A DNA stretch of 33,531 nucleotides from Clostridia bacterium (GCA_017935525.1 JAGBHJ010000122.1:1-33531), one strand, 5' to 3'. Counted from the stretch's first letter, positions 1 to 10,543 are shown. Notes: generated from the letters alone by a model not told the origin. Made by a program: numbers and translations.

Positions 1-330
1 GGCATAGTCCTCAACCGAAAAGCCCGAGATGTTTGCCATAACCTTTTTGTTGAAGCATTTTGAAAGCTTTGGAAGCTCTTCTGAAATGACCTTTTCTACG
101 CCGGGGTTCTGGAGCCCGACTGCGTTTATCATACCTGCGGAGCACTCAGCTATTCTGGGCGTAGGATTGCCAAATCGGGGATCCTTTGTTGTGCCCTTAA
201 ACGAGAAGGTACCCAGACAGTTTATATCGTAAAGCTCTGCAAATTCGTACCCAAAGCCAAACGTACCGGAGGCGGGGATCACGGGGTTGTCCAGCTGAAT
301 GCCTGACAACGTAACCTTTGTATTTACCAT
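1..330 (-). CDS. pyrD: dihydroorotate dehydrogenase catalytic subunit (class 1B PyrD), first 110 codons; gene runs off the left edge
   Basis: My reverse-strand translation from ATG 330-328 reads MVNTKVTLSGIQLDNPVIPASGTFGFGYEF...CSAGMINAVGLQNPGVEKV, a typical PyrD N terminus. The start overlaps the pyrK stop (324-326). It is the last gene in the order pyrC-carA-carB-pyrK-pyrD. Confidence 0.85.
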   Translation of the reverse strand, partial: MVNTKVTLSGIQLDNPVIPASGTFGFGYEFAELYDINCLGTFSFKGTTKDPRFGNPTPRIAECSAGMINAVGLQNPGVEKVISEELPKLSKCFNKKVMANISGFSVEDYA

Positions 331-1058
331 ATTATCTCCTCCTTTACAAGCACGGGGCCGTCCTTGCATATTCTCTTGTTGCCGTATTTTGTCTTGCAGC
401 TGCAGCCCATGCAAGCACCAAAGCCACAGCCCATTCTCTCCTCAAAGCTGAACTGACCGCTTGTCTTTGTTGCGTTGTACACAGCCTTGAGCATGGGCTC
501 GGGACCACAGGTATAGAAATATGTATAATCGCCAACCTCGTCAAAGGCGTTTGTTACAAAGCCCTTGATGCCGTAGGAGCCGTCAACCGTTGTCACAAGC
601 ACTCTTGCTCCCAGATCGGCAAAGTCCTTTTCGCAGAATATCTCGTCCTTTGTGTTAAAGCCCAGTATCACGCTGACCTGCTTGCCCTCCGCTATCAGCT
701 TTTTGCAGAGGTTATACATGGGCGGCACGCCAACGCCACCGCCGATAAGCATTACCTTGTCGCCGGAAACGGAGGTATCGTAGCCGTTGCCCAAGCCAAC
801 AAGAACGTCCAGCTTTTCCCCTGCCTGCATTTCTGCCATCTTTTCCGTGCCGACGCCAACCACCTTGTATATTATGGTAATGCTGTCCTCGGTATAATCC
901 GCCACGGAAATAGGTCTGCGCAAAAACAAGCCGTCCAGCTTTATGTTTACAAACTGACCCGAGGCTGTAACAGCCGCCCCATTGCCCTCAAGCGTCATTT
1001 TGTAAACGCTTGAGGTAAGGGGAATATTTTCTTTTATAGTATAAATATCCTGTATCAT
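324..1058 (-). CDS. pyrK: dihydroorotate dehydrogenase electron-transfer subunit (PyrK)
   Basis: 244-aa ORF with ATG at 1058-1056. It has ferredoxin-reductase-like blocks (RRPISV, MLIGGGVGVPP) and a C-terminal 2Fe-2S Cys cluster (CGFGACMGCSC...C). It lies between carB and pyrD. Confidence 0.9.
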   Translation of the reverse strand: MIQDIYTIKENIPLTSSVYKMTLEGNGAAVTASGQFVNIKLDGLFLRRPISVADYTEDSITIIYKVVGVGTEKMAEMQAGEKLDVLVGLGNGYDTSVSGDKVMLIGGGVGVPPMYNLCKKLIAEGKQVSVILGFNTKDEIFCEKDFADLGARVLVTTVDGSYGIKGFVTNAFDEVGDYTYFYTCGPEPMLKAVYNATKTSGQFSFEERMGCGFGACMGCSCKTKYGNKRICKDGPVLVKEEIIW

Positions 1059-1077
1059 TTTATATCTTATATCCTTA

Positions 1078-4000
1078 TTATGCGTCGATGGTGGAGATGC
1101 ACAACGTGGTCTCCTCCAGCACGTCCAGAAGCACCTTAACAGTATCCAGCGCGGTAAACATAGTTACGTTGTTTTCAACTGCAGCTTGGCGGATCTCATA
1201 GCCGTCAGATGCGCCGCCGGGAGAATTCATATCCCTTGTGTTGATAACGTAAGTCACGTAGCCGCCTCTGATACCCTCAAGTATCTCGTCGCTTCCCTCG
1301 CTGATCTTCTTTACAGCGTGAGTACGGATACCGTTCTCCTTAAAGAAGTTTGCTGTGCCCTCGGTAGCCTGAATGTTAAAGCCCATATTGTAGAAACGTC
1401 TGATAAGGGGCAATGCCTCCTGCTTATCCTTGTCCGCAATTGTGGCAAATACAGTACCGTAGTTCATCACGTTCATTCCGGATGCCTGCAAAGCCTTGTA
1501 CAATGCTCTTGTAAGGCTGTTGTCGTAACCGATAGCTTCGCCCGTGGACTTCATCTCAGGTGAAAGGTATGCATCCAAACCTCTCAGCTTGGAGAATGAG
1601 AACGCAGGTGCCTTTACGTAGTAGCGCTTCTTCTCCTCGGGGTAGATTGTGGTAAAGCCCTGCTCCTTAAGAGATACGCCCAAAATTGCCAGCGTACCGA
1701 TGTCTGCCAGACTGTAGCCCGTTGCCTTGGAAAGGAAGGGCACTGTTCTGGAGGATCTGGGGTTGACCTCGATTATATAAACGTCATCCTTTTCATCAAC
1801 GATAAACTGGATGTTGTACAGACCAATAATTCCGATGCCCAAGCCCAGCTTAACTGTGTAGTCAAGGATGGTATCCTTTACCTTCTGTGTGAGAGTAAAT
1901 GAGGGGTAAACGCTGATGGAGTCACCGGAGTGGATACCTGTTCTCTCTACCAGCTCCATGATGCCGGGTACGAATACGTCCTTGCCGTCACATACCGCAT
2001 CGATCTCTACCTCTCTGCCCTGGATGTACTTGTCAACAAGCACGGGCTTGTCCTCGTCTATCTCAACGGCTGTTTTGAGGTAATGTCTGAGCTGATCCTC
2101 GTCCGCAACTATCTGCATTGCTCTGCCGCCCAATACAAAGGACGGACGTACAAGCACGGGGTAGCCGATCTCTCTTGCGGCGTTTACGCCGTCCTCTATC
2201 TTTGTAACTGCCTTGCCCTTGGGCTGAGGAATGTTGAGGGATCTGAGCACCTTTTCAAAGGCATCACGGTTTTCTGCCTTTTCGATGGCGTCGCAATCCG
2301 TACCGATGATCTTAACACCTCTTGAAGCCAAAGGCTCTGCAAGGTTGATAGCCGTCTGTCCACCCAAAGATGCGATAACGCCGTAGGGCTTTTCCAGATG
2401 GATGATGTTCATAACGTCCTCTGTACAGAGAGGGTCAAAGTACAGCTTGTCGGAGGTTGTGTAGTCCGTAGAAACTGTTTCGGGGTTGTTATTGATGATA
2501 ATAGCCTCAAAGCCTGCCGCCTTGATGGTCTTTACCGCATGAACTGTGGAGTAGTCAAACTCTACACCCTGACCAATTCTTATAGGACCGGAGCCAAGAA
2601 CGATTACCTTTTTCTTGTCGGACACGATGGACTCATTCTCATCCTCATATGTTGAGTAGAGGTAGGGGATGTCGCTCTTGATCTCTGCCGCGCAGCTGTC
2701 TATCATCTTGTAAACCGGGAAGATATCGTTCTTCTCGCGGAGGTTGTATATCTCTATTTCCTTTGTATTCCAGAGCTTTGCGATGTAAGCGTCGGAGAAG
2801 CCCATCTTCTTTGCCGCCTTAAGCACGCTGATGTCGCCCACGTTTGCCTTTACCTCATGCTCCATAAGGATGATGTTCTTTATCTTCTCAAGGAAGAACA
2901 TATCGATCTTTGTAGCATCCCAGATAAGGCCCATGTCGGCACCGTGCCAAATAAGCTCTGCAATTGCGTAAATTCTGTCGTCCGTGCCGTCCTTGATGTA
3001 CTCCATCAGCTGGTCGTAATCGTAGGAGTCGAACTTTTCCATATGTACGTGGTTAACGCCTATCTCCAATGATCTGCAAGCCTTCAGCAAGCTCTCCTCA
3101 AAGGTTCTGCCGATGGACATTACCTCGCCCGTAGCCTTCATCTGTGTGGAAAGCTTGTTGTTTGCGGAGGTGAACTTATCAAAGGGGAATCTGGGCATCT
3201 TTGTTACGATGTAGTCGATGGAAGGCTCGCAAGCAGCCAGCGTGTTTGCGATCTTGATCTCGTCCAGATTCATACCAACTGCGATCTTTGCAGTAACTCT
3301 TGCAATGGGGTAACCGCTTGCCTTTGACGCCAATGCGGAGGAACGGGAAACTCTGGGGTTTACCTCAATGAGGTAATACTTAAATGAGTGAGGATCCAAC
3401 GCAAACTGTACGTTGCAGCCACCTGCAACCTTCAACGCCTTGATGATCTTGAGGGCGCTGTCACGGAGCATATGGTATTCCTTGTTTGTAAGCGTCTGTG
3501 CGGGAGCAACAACTATGGAGTCACCTGTGTGGATACCAACGGGGTCAAGGTTTTCCATGCTGCAGATGGAGATTGCAGTGTCATTACCGTCACGCATAAC
3601 CTCAAACTCTATTTCCTTGTAGCCCTTGATGCTCTTTTCTACCAGCACCTGATGTACGGGGGAAAGATGGAGAGCGTTCTTAAGAATATCTGCGCACTCC
3701 TTCTCGTTGTCAGCAAAGCCGCCGCCTGTTCCGCCCAGCGTAAATGCGGGACGAAGCACTACCGGGTAACCTATCTCCTCTGCCGCCGCAAGGCCCTCCT
3801 CTATGGAGTAAGCGATCTTTGAAGGGATAACGGGCTCGCCCAATCTTTCACAAAGCTCCTTAAAAAGCTCTCTGTCCTCTGCCATCTCGATGCTTTCAAC
3901 AGAGGTACCCAAAAGCTCTACGTTACACTCCTTAAGTATGCCCTTTCTGCCCAGCTGCATAGCCAAGTTGAGGCCTGTCTGTCCGCCGATGCCGGGGACG

Positions 4001-4257
4001 ATAGCGTCGGGACGCTCGTATCTTATAACCTTTGCGATATACTCCAATGTGAGAGGCTCCATATATACCTTGTCTGCAATGGATGTATCCGTCATTATAG
4101 TTGCAGGGTTGGAGTTGCACAGCACAACCTCATAGCCCTCTTCCTTGAGTGCGAGGCATGCCTGCGTGCCTGCATAGTCAAACTCAGCAGCCTGGCCGAT
4201 AACTATCGGGCCGGAGCCAATAACCATTATCTTTTTTAAGTCAGTTCTCTTTGGCAT
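1078..4257 (-). CDS. carB: carbamoyl-phosphate synthase large subunit
   Basis: 1059-aa ORF starting [33 protein letters not shown] second ATP-grasp half is present ([19 protein letters not shown]), as are [14 protein letters not shown] and a C-terminal MGS-like domain. SD GGAG lies upstream of ATG 4257. Confidence 0.95.
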   Translation of the reverse strand: MPKRTDLKKIMVIGSGPIVIGQAAEFDYAGTQACLALKEEGYEVVLCNSNPATIMTDTSIADKVYMEPLTLEYIAKVIRYERPDAIVPGIGGQTGLNLAMQLGRKGILKECNVELLGTSVESIEMAEDRELFKELCERLGEPVIPSKIAYSIEEGLAAAEEIGYPVVLRPAFTLGGTGGGFADNEKECADILKNALHLSPVHQVLVEKSIKGYKEIEFEVMRDGNDTAISICSMENLDPVGIHTGDSIVVAPAQTLTNKEYHMLRDSALKIIKALKVAGGCNVQFALDPHSFKYYLIEVNPRVSRSSALASKASGYPIARVTAKIAVGMNLDEIKIANTLAACEPSIDYIVTKMPRFPFDKFTSANNKLSTQMKATGEVMSIGRTFEESLLKACRSLEIGVNHVHMEKFDSYDYDQLMEYIKDGTDDRIYAIAELIWHGADMGLIWDATKIDMFFLEKIKNIILMEHEVKANVGDISVLKAAKKMGFSDAYIAKLWNTKEIEIYNLREKNDIFPVYKMIDSCAAEIKSDIPYLYSTYEDENESIVSDKKKVIVLGSGPIRIGQGVEFDYSTVHAVKTIKAAGFEAIIINNNPETVSTDYTTSDKLYFDPLCTEDVMNIIHLEKPYGVIASLGGQTAINLAEPLASRGVKIIGTDCDAIEKAENRDAFEKVLRSLNIPQPKGKAVTKIEDGVNAAREIGYPVLVRPSFVLGGRAMQIVADEDQLRHYLKTAVEIDEDKPVLVDKYIQGREVEIDAVCDGKDVFVPGIMELVERTGIHSGDSISVYPSFTLTQKVKDTILDYTVKLGLGIGIIGLYNIQFIVDEKDDVYIIEVNPRSSRTVPFLSKATGYSLADIGTLAILGVSLKEQGFTTIYPEEKKRYYVKAPAFSFSKLRGLDAYLSPEMKSTGEAIGYDNSLTRALYKALQASGMNVMNYGTVFATIADKDKQEALPLIRRFYNMGFNIQATEGTANFFKENGIRTHAVKKISEGSDEILEGIRGGYVTYVINTRDMNSPGGASDGYEIRQAAVENNVTMFTALDTVKVLLDVLEETTLCISTIDA

Positions 4258-4282
4258 TTTCTTTTCTCCTTTACCTGCGTAA

Positions 4283-5362
4283 TTATTTCTTCATGCTGTC
4301 AATAAACTTGTCAAACAGGAACGCGCTGTCCTGAGGACCGGGCGCACTTTCCGGCTGGAACTGCACGGCAAAAACGTTGTCCTCAACGCACTCGATGCCT
4401 GCCACCGTGCCATCCATAACGTTCTGATGAGTGATCACCAATCCCGTACCGCAAAGGGACTCTGCGTCAACCGCATAGGAGTGGTTCTGATACGTGCTTA
4501 TCACCTTACCGTCAGCCAGGCTCTTTACTGCCGCGCCGCCCCTGTGGCCGCACTTGAGCTTGTACGTCTTTGCGCCGTAAGCAAGGCTCAGTATCAGATT
4601 ACCCAGGCCGATGCCAAACATGGGGAACTTGCCCTTAAGCTCTCTTACCAGCTCTATTACCTCCGCCGCATCCTCGGGATTGCCGGGACCGTTGGAAACC
4701 AGCACGCCATCGGGGTTCATTCTTGTGAGAGTTGCCGCATCAATGTTGTGAGGAACCACAGTAACGTTACAGCCTCTTGCGTTAAGCTCGCGGATGATGC
4801 CGTTTTTAACGCCGCAGTCGATAACCACTACCGTGTACTTGGCGCTTGCCGTTCTGGAGTACCATCTCTTTTTGCAGCTTACCCTTGCAACACCGTCAGT
4901 AGGCACGGGAGTATTCTTGATGATCTCCAACGCCTCCTCCACGGGTGTGGAAGCTGACGTCATCAGCACGCGCTTTGTGCCGGTATCTCTGATGCTTCTG
5001 GTGAGCTTTCTTGTATCTATACCTGCAATACCGGGAATGTGGTATTCCGCCATAACCTCGGAAAGGGTCTTTGTATATCTGAAGTTGGAGGGCTGGTCGT
5101 TATACTCTCTTACTACAAGACCGTCAATAGTGGGGGTCTTTGCCTCGTCGTCCTCGTCAGTCATACCATAATTACCGATGAGAGGATACGTCATCACCAC
5201 CATTGTATTTGTGTTGGAAGGGTCAGATAGTATCTCCTGATACCCGACCATGGACGTGTTAAACACGATCTCGCTGACCTTGTCGCAGTCATCGCCAAAG
5301 CCGTAGCCGTAATACTGGCTGCCGTCTTCAAGAACTATTTTTCTGTCAAAATCCTTTATCAT
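4283..5362 (-). CDS. carA: carbamoyl-phosphate synthase small-subunit homolog with degenerate glutaminase active site
   Basis: 359-aa ORF collinear with CarA (N-terminal CPSase small-chain domain plus a class-I GATase fold, SNGPGNP). The nucleophile elbow reads FGIGLGNL instead of FGICLGHQ. The His-Glu motif reads FQPE instead of GHPE. Its ATG overlaps the pyrC stop (ATGA at 5362-5359). Confidence 0.85.
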   Translation of the reverse strand: MIKDFDRKIVLEDGSQYYGYGFGDDCDKVSEIVFNTSMVGYQEILSDPSNTNTMVVMTYPLIGNYGMTDEDDEAKTPTIDGLVVREYNDQPSNFRYTKTLSEVMAEYHIPGIAGIDTRKLTRSIRDTGTKRVLMTSASTPVEEALEIIKNTPVPTDGVARVSCKKRWYSRTASAKYTVVVIDCGVKNGIIRELNARGCNVTVVPHNIDAATLTRMNPDGVLVSNGPGNPEDAAEVIELVRELKGKFPMFGIGLGNLILSLAYGAKTYKLKCGHRGGAAVKSLADGKVISTYQNHSYAVDAESLCGTGLVITHQNVMDGTVAGIECVEDNVFAVQFQPESAPGPQDSAFLFDKFIDSMKK

Positions 5363-6594
5363 ACCGCTTTACCTCCGTATATCGTTGCTATAAGCTTGCC
5401 ATGGACCTCCTCACCGTCAAAGGGTGTTGCCCTGCCCATGGAAGCGAAGCACGCAGAATCTATAATATTTTTATTTTTCAAATCCCAAATGCACCACTCG
5501 TCTGCCCTTTGCTCTATGCCAAAGCGCTTTCTGGGGTTTATCGCCATCAGCTCCACCAGCTTTTCCAGAGTGATGATGCCTTCCATCACCAGCTTGGTAT
5601 AAAGTATGGGGAACGCTGTTTCCAGCCCCACGATACCCATTGCGCTGCCTGCCAGGCCCTTGGATTTTTCCGCATGGCTGTGGGGCGCATGGTCCGTAGC
5701 AATCATGTCTATGGTGCCGTCCTTGATGCCTTCTATAAGCGCAAGCCTGTCCTCATCGCTTCTCAAGGGAGGATTCATCTTGTACCTGCCCTCCTCCTTC
5801 AGCATCATATCGTTCATGGTAAGGTAGTGGGGGCCTGTTTCGCAGGTTATATCCACTCCCCTTGCCTTTGCCTGTCTTATCAGCTCCACGCTCTCCTTTG
5901 TGGAGATGTGGCAAACGTGGTATTTTACCCCCGTTTTTTCCGCAAGGCGTATATCTCTTTCTATCTGACCCCATTCGGACTCCGAGCAAATGCCCTTATG
6001 CCCGTGGAGCCTTGCGTATTCGCCGTCATGTATGTAGCCGCCCTTCAAAAGGTCGTTTACCTCGCAATGCGCCGCGATGATCTTGCCAAGGCTCTTTGCC
6101 TTTATCATCGCCTGCTCCATCATACCGTCACTCTGCACGCCCTTGCCGTCATCGGAAAAGGCAATAACGTCCTTTGCCATGCCGTCCATATCGCTGAGCG
6201 TTTCCCCCGCCTCGCCCACGGTGATCGTACCGTAGGGATACACGGGTATTCTTGCCGTTTTTGCTATTATATCCCGCTGGATGGCAAGGTTTTCCACGCT
6301 GTCGGGGGCGGGCTTCAGATTGGGCATGGAGCATACCGCTGTATAGCCACCCTTTGCCGCCGCCGCAGTTCCTGTGGCAATAGTCTCCTTATATGAAAAA
6401 CCCGGCTCACGTAAATGCACATGCACATCGCAAAAGCCGGGGATAATAACACAGTCAGAAATAACAATACCGTCAAAAGTGTCAACGTTGACAGATTCAT
6501 CGACGATTTGGAAATAGTTGTCCCTCAACTCGGCGTTGCATATAACGAATTTTCCGTCACGGTATATCTTCGAATTCTTGATGAATACGTTCAT
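5359..6594 (-). CDS. pyrC: dihydroorotase
   Basis: 411-aa ORF with the amidohydrolase metal-ligand blocks DVHVHLREPG, AAHCE, HVCHIST and ATDHAPH. It is the first gene of the pyr cluster. Confidence 0.9.
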   Translation of the reverse strand: MNVFIKNSKIYRDGKFVICNAELRDNYFQIVDESVNVDTFDGIVISDCVIIPGFCDVHVHLREPGFSYKETIATGTAAAAKGGYTAVCSMPNLKPAPDSVENLAIQRDIIAKTARIPVYPYGTITVGEAGETLSDMDGMAKDVIAFSDDGKGVQSDGMMEQAMIKAKSLGKIIAAHCEVNDLLKGGYIHDGEYARLHGHKGICSESEWGQIERDIRLAEKTGVKYHVCHISTKESVELIRQAKARGVDITCETGPHYLTMNDMMLKEEGRYKMNPPLRSDEDRLALIEGIKDGTIDMIATDHAPHSHAEKSKGLAGSAMGIVGLETAFPILYTKLVMEGIITLEKLVELMAINPRKRFGIEQRADEWCIWDLKNKNIIDSACFASMGRATPFDGEEVHGKLIATIYGGKAV

Positions 6595-6687
6595 TTATAT
6601 CTACCTTTCCAAAATCCTTGAGACACATTTTCATTTATGGGCAAAAGCACAAAATGCGCCCAGTCGCCCAATTTTCATATTTGTGAT

Positions 6688-6716
6688 ATTATACCACAAA
6701 ATGGCGATATTGTCAA
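6688..6716 (-). promoter_or_regulatory. sigma-A type promoter of the pyrC-carAB-pyrKD operon
   Basis: The minus strand reads TTGACA (6716-6711), a 17-nt spacer, then TATAAT (6693-6688), with TG two nt upstream of the -10. It lies about 95 nt upstream of the pyrC ATG. Confidence 0.7.
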
Positions 6717-6800
6717 GTTTGCTTCATGATAAGTTCATATATCCCCGCAAAACACCCTCTGCAATTTTATACGGAAAAAACCGATGTTTTCTGCAGAACA

Positions 6801-6830
6801 AAGCGGCACCGTAACGTGATGCCGCTTTTT
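6801..6830 (-). terminator. hairpin terminating the paralog array
   Basis: Stem AAGCGGCA (6801-6808) pairs with TGCCGCTT (6820-6827) around an 11-nt loop. On the minus strand it is followed only by a weak TTTGTT tract. It sits 10 nt downstream of the stop of the last array gene. Confidence 0.5.
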
Positions 6831-6838
6831 GCCGTCAA

Positions 6839-8032
6839 TTATTTTCTGTCTATGCGGTACATTGCCATCTGTCCGGGGTAAAGACTGATGTATTCTCCGC
6901 TTTCGTACGGCTCCGTCACCTTGCCGTTAAGTATCAGTCCTGTCAGACTGCACTTTTCGTCGTCATAGGTTACGTGCACCGTGGTAGGATCCTTCATTTC
7001 TGCATTTACAAGGCAGAGGTACTCCGTACCGTCCTTGTCCTCAAAGGTACTGATGACCATTCTCTCAAAGGATCTTACATCCTTGATAAGCGGGTGGCTG
7101 TTTTCGCCAAACATGGGGAAGCACATTCTCTGGAAGCCCAGCATCCATGATTCCTTTCTCTTGAGCGTCACCAACAGCTCGCCAAACTGGTCGTTAAACC
7201 TCTTTTGGCAACGACCCAATCTGTCAAAGGTCAACGTTGTATTGCCGTATTCGTCAATAGGTGATCCATGGTAATTGGGAGCAATAATTCTGTCGTAAAA
7301 TCTGAACCAAGTGATACCTTTGATGCCCAGCGCCGCAGAGGTTGTGATCTGCCACATATACTGGTATTCGGTAAACTGCTTGTAGGAGCCGTGAGCAGAG
7401 CAAATGGGAGTTTCCCAGCACTCCATTCCTGCCGCCTCTGCCGCCTCAACAAATGCCTGTATAGTGCGCAGATATCCTGTTACACCGCCGTCACCGTCAG
7501 CCTGGCCGTAATTGTCAAAGCAGATCTCTTTGCAGCCCGTTTCGTCCTTCATCTTTATAAGGTAATTCTTTAACCACTCGGGACTGCTGAAATCCCACCA
7601 TGGAGTATCACCCGACATATTAAGGTAAGGATTCAGCTCGGGAGCGACCCTCTTATGGATGCCCATGGCTCTGATAGCATTGTCAAGAGACTTAGGCGTT
7701 CCCGGCTCGTCACCAACGTGAAAGCCGCGCAATGCGGGGTGACCCTTAAAGCGCTCGTAGTTCTTTCTTACCTGCTCTTCTCTTTTGGCGGCAGCCTCCG
7801 CAGTACAACCGTGGTATCCGCCTCCGCAGTCCAGAATCAGCTCGATGCCCAGCTCGTGGGCTCTGTCCAAGAACTCCAGTGTCTTTTTTGTTTCAGCCTC
7901 GCTGCCTCCGATTATACCCGCAAGCATGACCGTACAGCCGCTTTCAGCCCATTTATCTATTTCCTTTACCGTGTAATTCTCATCGGACATATTGAAGTAT
8001 ACCCAACCTCCGATAGGAAATTTTTTACCCAT
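6839..8032 (-). CDS. uncharacterised cytoplasmic glycoside-hydrolase-like (TIM-barrel-like) protein, array paralog P1
   Basis: The track ORF 6839..8053 begins at a TTG, so I trimmed it to ATG 8032 (MGKKFPIGGWVY), which has a GAAAGGAA SD upstream. It is homologous over its full length to P2-P6, carries KGHPALRGFHVGDEP, and has no signal peptide. The functional label is tentative. Confidence 0.85.
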   Translation of the reverse strand: MGKKFPIGGWVYFNMSDENYTVKEIDKWAESGCTVMLAGIIGGSEAETKKTLEFLDRAHELGIELILDCGGGYHGCTAEAAAKREEQVRKNYERFKGHPALRGFHVGDEPGTPKSLDNAIRAMGIHKRVAPELNPYLNMSGDTPWWDFSSPEWLKNYLIKMKDETGCKEICFDNYGQADGDGGVTGYLRTIQAFVEAAEAAGMECWETPICSAHGSYKQFTEYQYMWQITTSAALGIKGITWFRFYDRIIAPNYHGSPIDEYGNTTLTFDRLGRCQKRFNDQFGELLVTLKRKESWMLGFQRMCFPMFGENSHPLIKDVRSFERMVISTFEDKDGTEYLCLVNAEMKDPTTVHVTYDDEKCSLTGLILNGKVTEPYESGEYISLYPGQMAMYRIDRK

Positions 8033-8122
8033 ACTATTCCTTTCCCTCGGCAAAGCCGAGATCGTTCGTTAATAAATTTTCTCGCAGCCCCGGTCCGCCT
8101 CGTGCCACGCCTTGCCTGCGAC

Positions 8123-9322
8123 TTACCTTCTGTCGATGCGGTAGATCGCCATCTGACCGGGATACAACGAGATATTGCCTCCGCTTCTGTAGCGGCCTTC
8201 GATAGTACCGTTGAGTATCAGCTCCGTCAATCTGCACTTTTCCCTGTCATACGTAACCTGCACGGTTGTATGCTGCTCAAGCTCTGCATTTACAAGGCAA
8301 AGGTATTCCGTACCGTTTTCATCCTCAAAGGTACTGATGACCATTCTCTCAAAGGACTTTATGTCCTTGATAAGCGGGTGGCTGTTTTCGCCGAACATAG
8401 GATAGCTCATTCTCTGGAAGCCCAGCATCCAGGATTCCTTCCTCTTGAGTCTCATCAGCAGCTCGCCAAACTGGTCGTTAAACCTTCTGTGGCAACGCAT
8501 CATCCTTTCGTACGTCAACGTTGTATTGCCATACTCATCAATGGGTGAAGCATGATAGTTTGGTGCGATCTGTCTGTCGTAAAATCTGAACCAGGTGATA
8601 CCCTTGATGCCCAGCGCCGCAGAAGTTGTGATCTGCCACATTATGCCGTACTCGTCCATGCTTTTGTACGCAATATGCGCGGAGCAAAGAGGAGTTTCCC
8701 AGCATTCCAGCCCTGCCGCCTCTGCTGCCTCAACCATGTTTTTTATGATCCTGAAATAATCTGTCCTGCCGCCGTCGTTTATGGTCTGAGCGTAGTTGTC
8801 AAAGCAGACAACTCGGCAATTCGCCTCGTCCTTAAGTCTTTTCATCCATTGAGTAAAGGTAAGGCCGTTGAATTTGCCGTCCATCTTCCACGTGCTGCCA
8901 GCCAGGTTAATGTACGGATCCAGCTCGGGAGCTACTCTCCTTTGGAGACCCAGTGCCAGCACCGTGCCCTCCAAGCCGTCAGTAGTGCTGGGCTCATCAC
9001 CTGCATGGAATCCATACAGCGCAGGATGACCCTTGAATCTTTCGTAAACCTTACGGAAGGCCTCCTCCCGCTGAGCTACGTTGGACTCGTTGCAGCCGTA
9101 GTACGAGCCGGCGCCGCAGTCAAATATCAGCTTCATGCCATACTCTTGGGCCTTGTCCAAAAACCGTTCTGCCTTGCTCCAGTGCTCCTCAGTAGAGCCG
9201 ATACCGCCTGCCAGCATCACCGTACAGCCGCATTTAGCCCATCTTTCAACCTCTGCCTCTGTATAGCTCTTGTCGGACATATCAAAATACACCCAACCGC
9301 CTAACGGAAATTTTCTGCTCAT
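8123..9322 (-). CDS. uncharacterised glycoside-hydrolase-like protein, array paralog P2
   Basis: 399-aa ORF with ATG at 9322, 6 nt after the P3 stop. It carries KGHPALYGFHAGDEP. The C-terminal half is near-identical to P1. Confidence 0.85.
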   Translation of the reverse strand: MSRKFPLGGWVYFDMSDKSYTEAEVERWAKCGCTVMLAGGIGSTEEHWSKAERFLDKAQEYGMKLIFDCGAGSYYGCNESNVAQREEAFRKVYERFKGHPALYGFHAGDEPSTTDGLEGTVLALGLQRRVAPELDPYINLAGSTWKMDGKFNGLTFTQWMKRLKDEANCRVVCFDNYAQTINDGGRTDYFRIIKNMVEAAEAAGLECWETPLCSAHIAYKSMDEYGIMWQITTSAALGIKGITWFRFYDRQIAPNYHASPIDEYGNTTLTYERMMRCHRRFNDQFGELLMRLKRKESWMLGFQRMSYPMFGENSHPLIKDIKSFERMVISTFEDENGTEYLCLVNAELEQHTTVQVTYDREKCRLTELILNGTIEGRYRSGGNISLYPGQMAIYRIDRR

Positions 9323-9328
9323 GTTATC

Positions 9329-10531
9329 TCACTTTCTATCTATGCGGTACATACACATAAGACCGGGGTAAAGGATAGCGCCCTCTCCGTCCTCTATGTC
9401 GATAGGTCTTTCTATCTTACCGTTGAGCAAGACCTCCTTAAGCTCACACTTTGTACCATCATACTTGATGCGAACGTTATTGAGCTTTTCCATCTCCGCG
9501 TTAACGATGCAGAGGTATTCCTTGCCGTTTTCGTCCTCAAAAATGCTGACAAGAGTTTCCTCAAACGTCTTTATTTCCTTGATAAGCTCGTGGCTGTTTT
9601 CGCCAAACATGGGCAAGCTCATTCTCTGGAAACCCACCAACCATGACTCCTTCCTCTTGAGACCCATTATCAGCTCACCAAACTGCTGCTGGAATCTTCT
9701 CTGGCTGCGGAGCAAGCGATAGAACGTCAATGTCTTGTTACCAAATTCGTCAATGGGAGAATCGTGGTAGTTTGCAAGGAAGTTTCTGTCGTACAGTCTG
9801 AACCACGTAATGCCCTTAACACCCAGCGCCGCCGCCGTTGTGATCTGCCACAGCAGCTGGAACTCCGTAAGAGGTCTGTACGCCATATGCGCGGAGCAAA
9901 TAGGAGTTACCCACAGGTCAAGCCCTGCCTCCTCAGCCGCCTCCACAAATGCCTTTATGGAATGGAAATACGCCGTTACGCCGCCGCTGTTTATGGCTTG
10001 AGAATAAACGTCAAAGCACACCTCTCTGCAGCCTGTTTCTGCCTTAAGTCGCTTCATCCATGCCTTAATGCCGCCCTCGCCCCATATATCGCTGTCAGGT
10101 GTTCCGCCTGAGAAATTGATGTACGGGTGCAGCTCGGGAGCGACCTCCTTCTGCAGCTTTACACATCTGATGGTGTTTTCAAGAGCTTCTTTGGTTGACG
10201 GCTCGTCACCTGCGTGGAAGCCGTACAGCGCGGGATGTCCCTTAAATCTCTCGTAGACCTTGCGGAAATTCGCCTTCATGGTCTCATAATTTGCCTCCGT
10301 ACAGCCGTAATAACCGATACCGTCCATACAGATTATCAGCTTCATGCCGTACTCCTGAGCCTTGTCCAGGAATTTCTCCTGTATATCCCAGTCCTCCTCA
10401 CAAAATCTGGAAAGACCGGAGTGGATAACGTTAAATCCACACTCATGCCATGCTTCTACGTCAGCAGGAGTAAAATCCTCCTCTGTAAATTTCTTGTAGA
10501 CCCATGCGCCAAATGGATATTGTTTAGCCAT
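9329..10531 (-). CDS. uncharacterised glycoside-hydrolase-like protein, array paralog P3
   Basis: The track ORF starts at GTG 10540. I prefer ATG 10531 (MAKQYPFGAWVY) because an AGAGGTGA SD lies 6 nt upstream and the N terminus then aligns with P4 (MAKKFQFSAWVY). Confidence 0.85.
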   Translation of the reverse strand: MAKQYPFGAWVYKKFTEEDFTPADVEAWHECGFNVIHSGLSRFCEEDWDIQEKFLDKAQEYGMKLIICMDGIGYYGCTEANYETMKANFRKVYERFKGHPALYGFHAGDEPSTKEALENTIRCVKLQKEVAPELHPYINFSGGTPDSDIWGEGGIKAWMKRLKAETGCREVCFDVYSQAINSGGVTAYFHSIKAFVEAAEEAGLDLWVTPICSAHMAYRPLTEFQLLWQITTAAALGVKGITWFRLYDRNFLANYHDSPIDEFGNKTLTFYRLLRSQRRFQQQFGELIMGLKRKESWLVGFQRMSLPMFGENSHELIKEIKTFEETLVSIFEDENGKEYLCIVNAEMEKLNNVRIKYDGTKCELKEVLLNGKIERPIDIEDGEGAILYPGLMCMYRIDRK

Positions 10532-10543
10532 ATTCTTCACCTC

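Noticed and set aside
6750-6765. A possible PyrR-binding or attenuator element upstream of pyrC (GCAGAGGGTG on the minus strand, vaguely like the CCAGAGAGG loop).
   Set aside because: The match is poor, and it lies upstream of the predicted promoter rather than in the leader. I saw no terminator/antiterminator pair in the 5' UTR of about 95 nt.
8033-8122. The unusually long (90 nt), GC-rich spacer between P2 and P1, with a CTCGGC-AAA-GCCGAG hairpin just before the P1 SD.
   Set aside because: The hairpin has no T tract, so it is not a terminator, and there is no promoter-like hexamer pair. It may be an RNA processing or stability element or a remnant sequence, but the sequence alone does not support a call.
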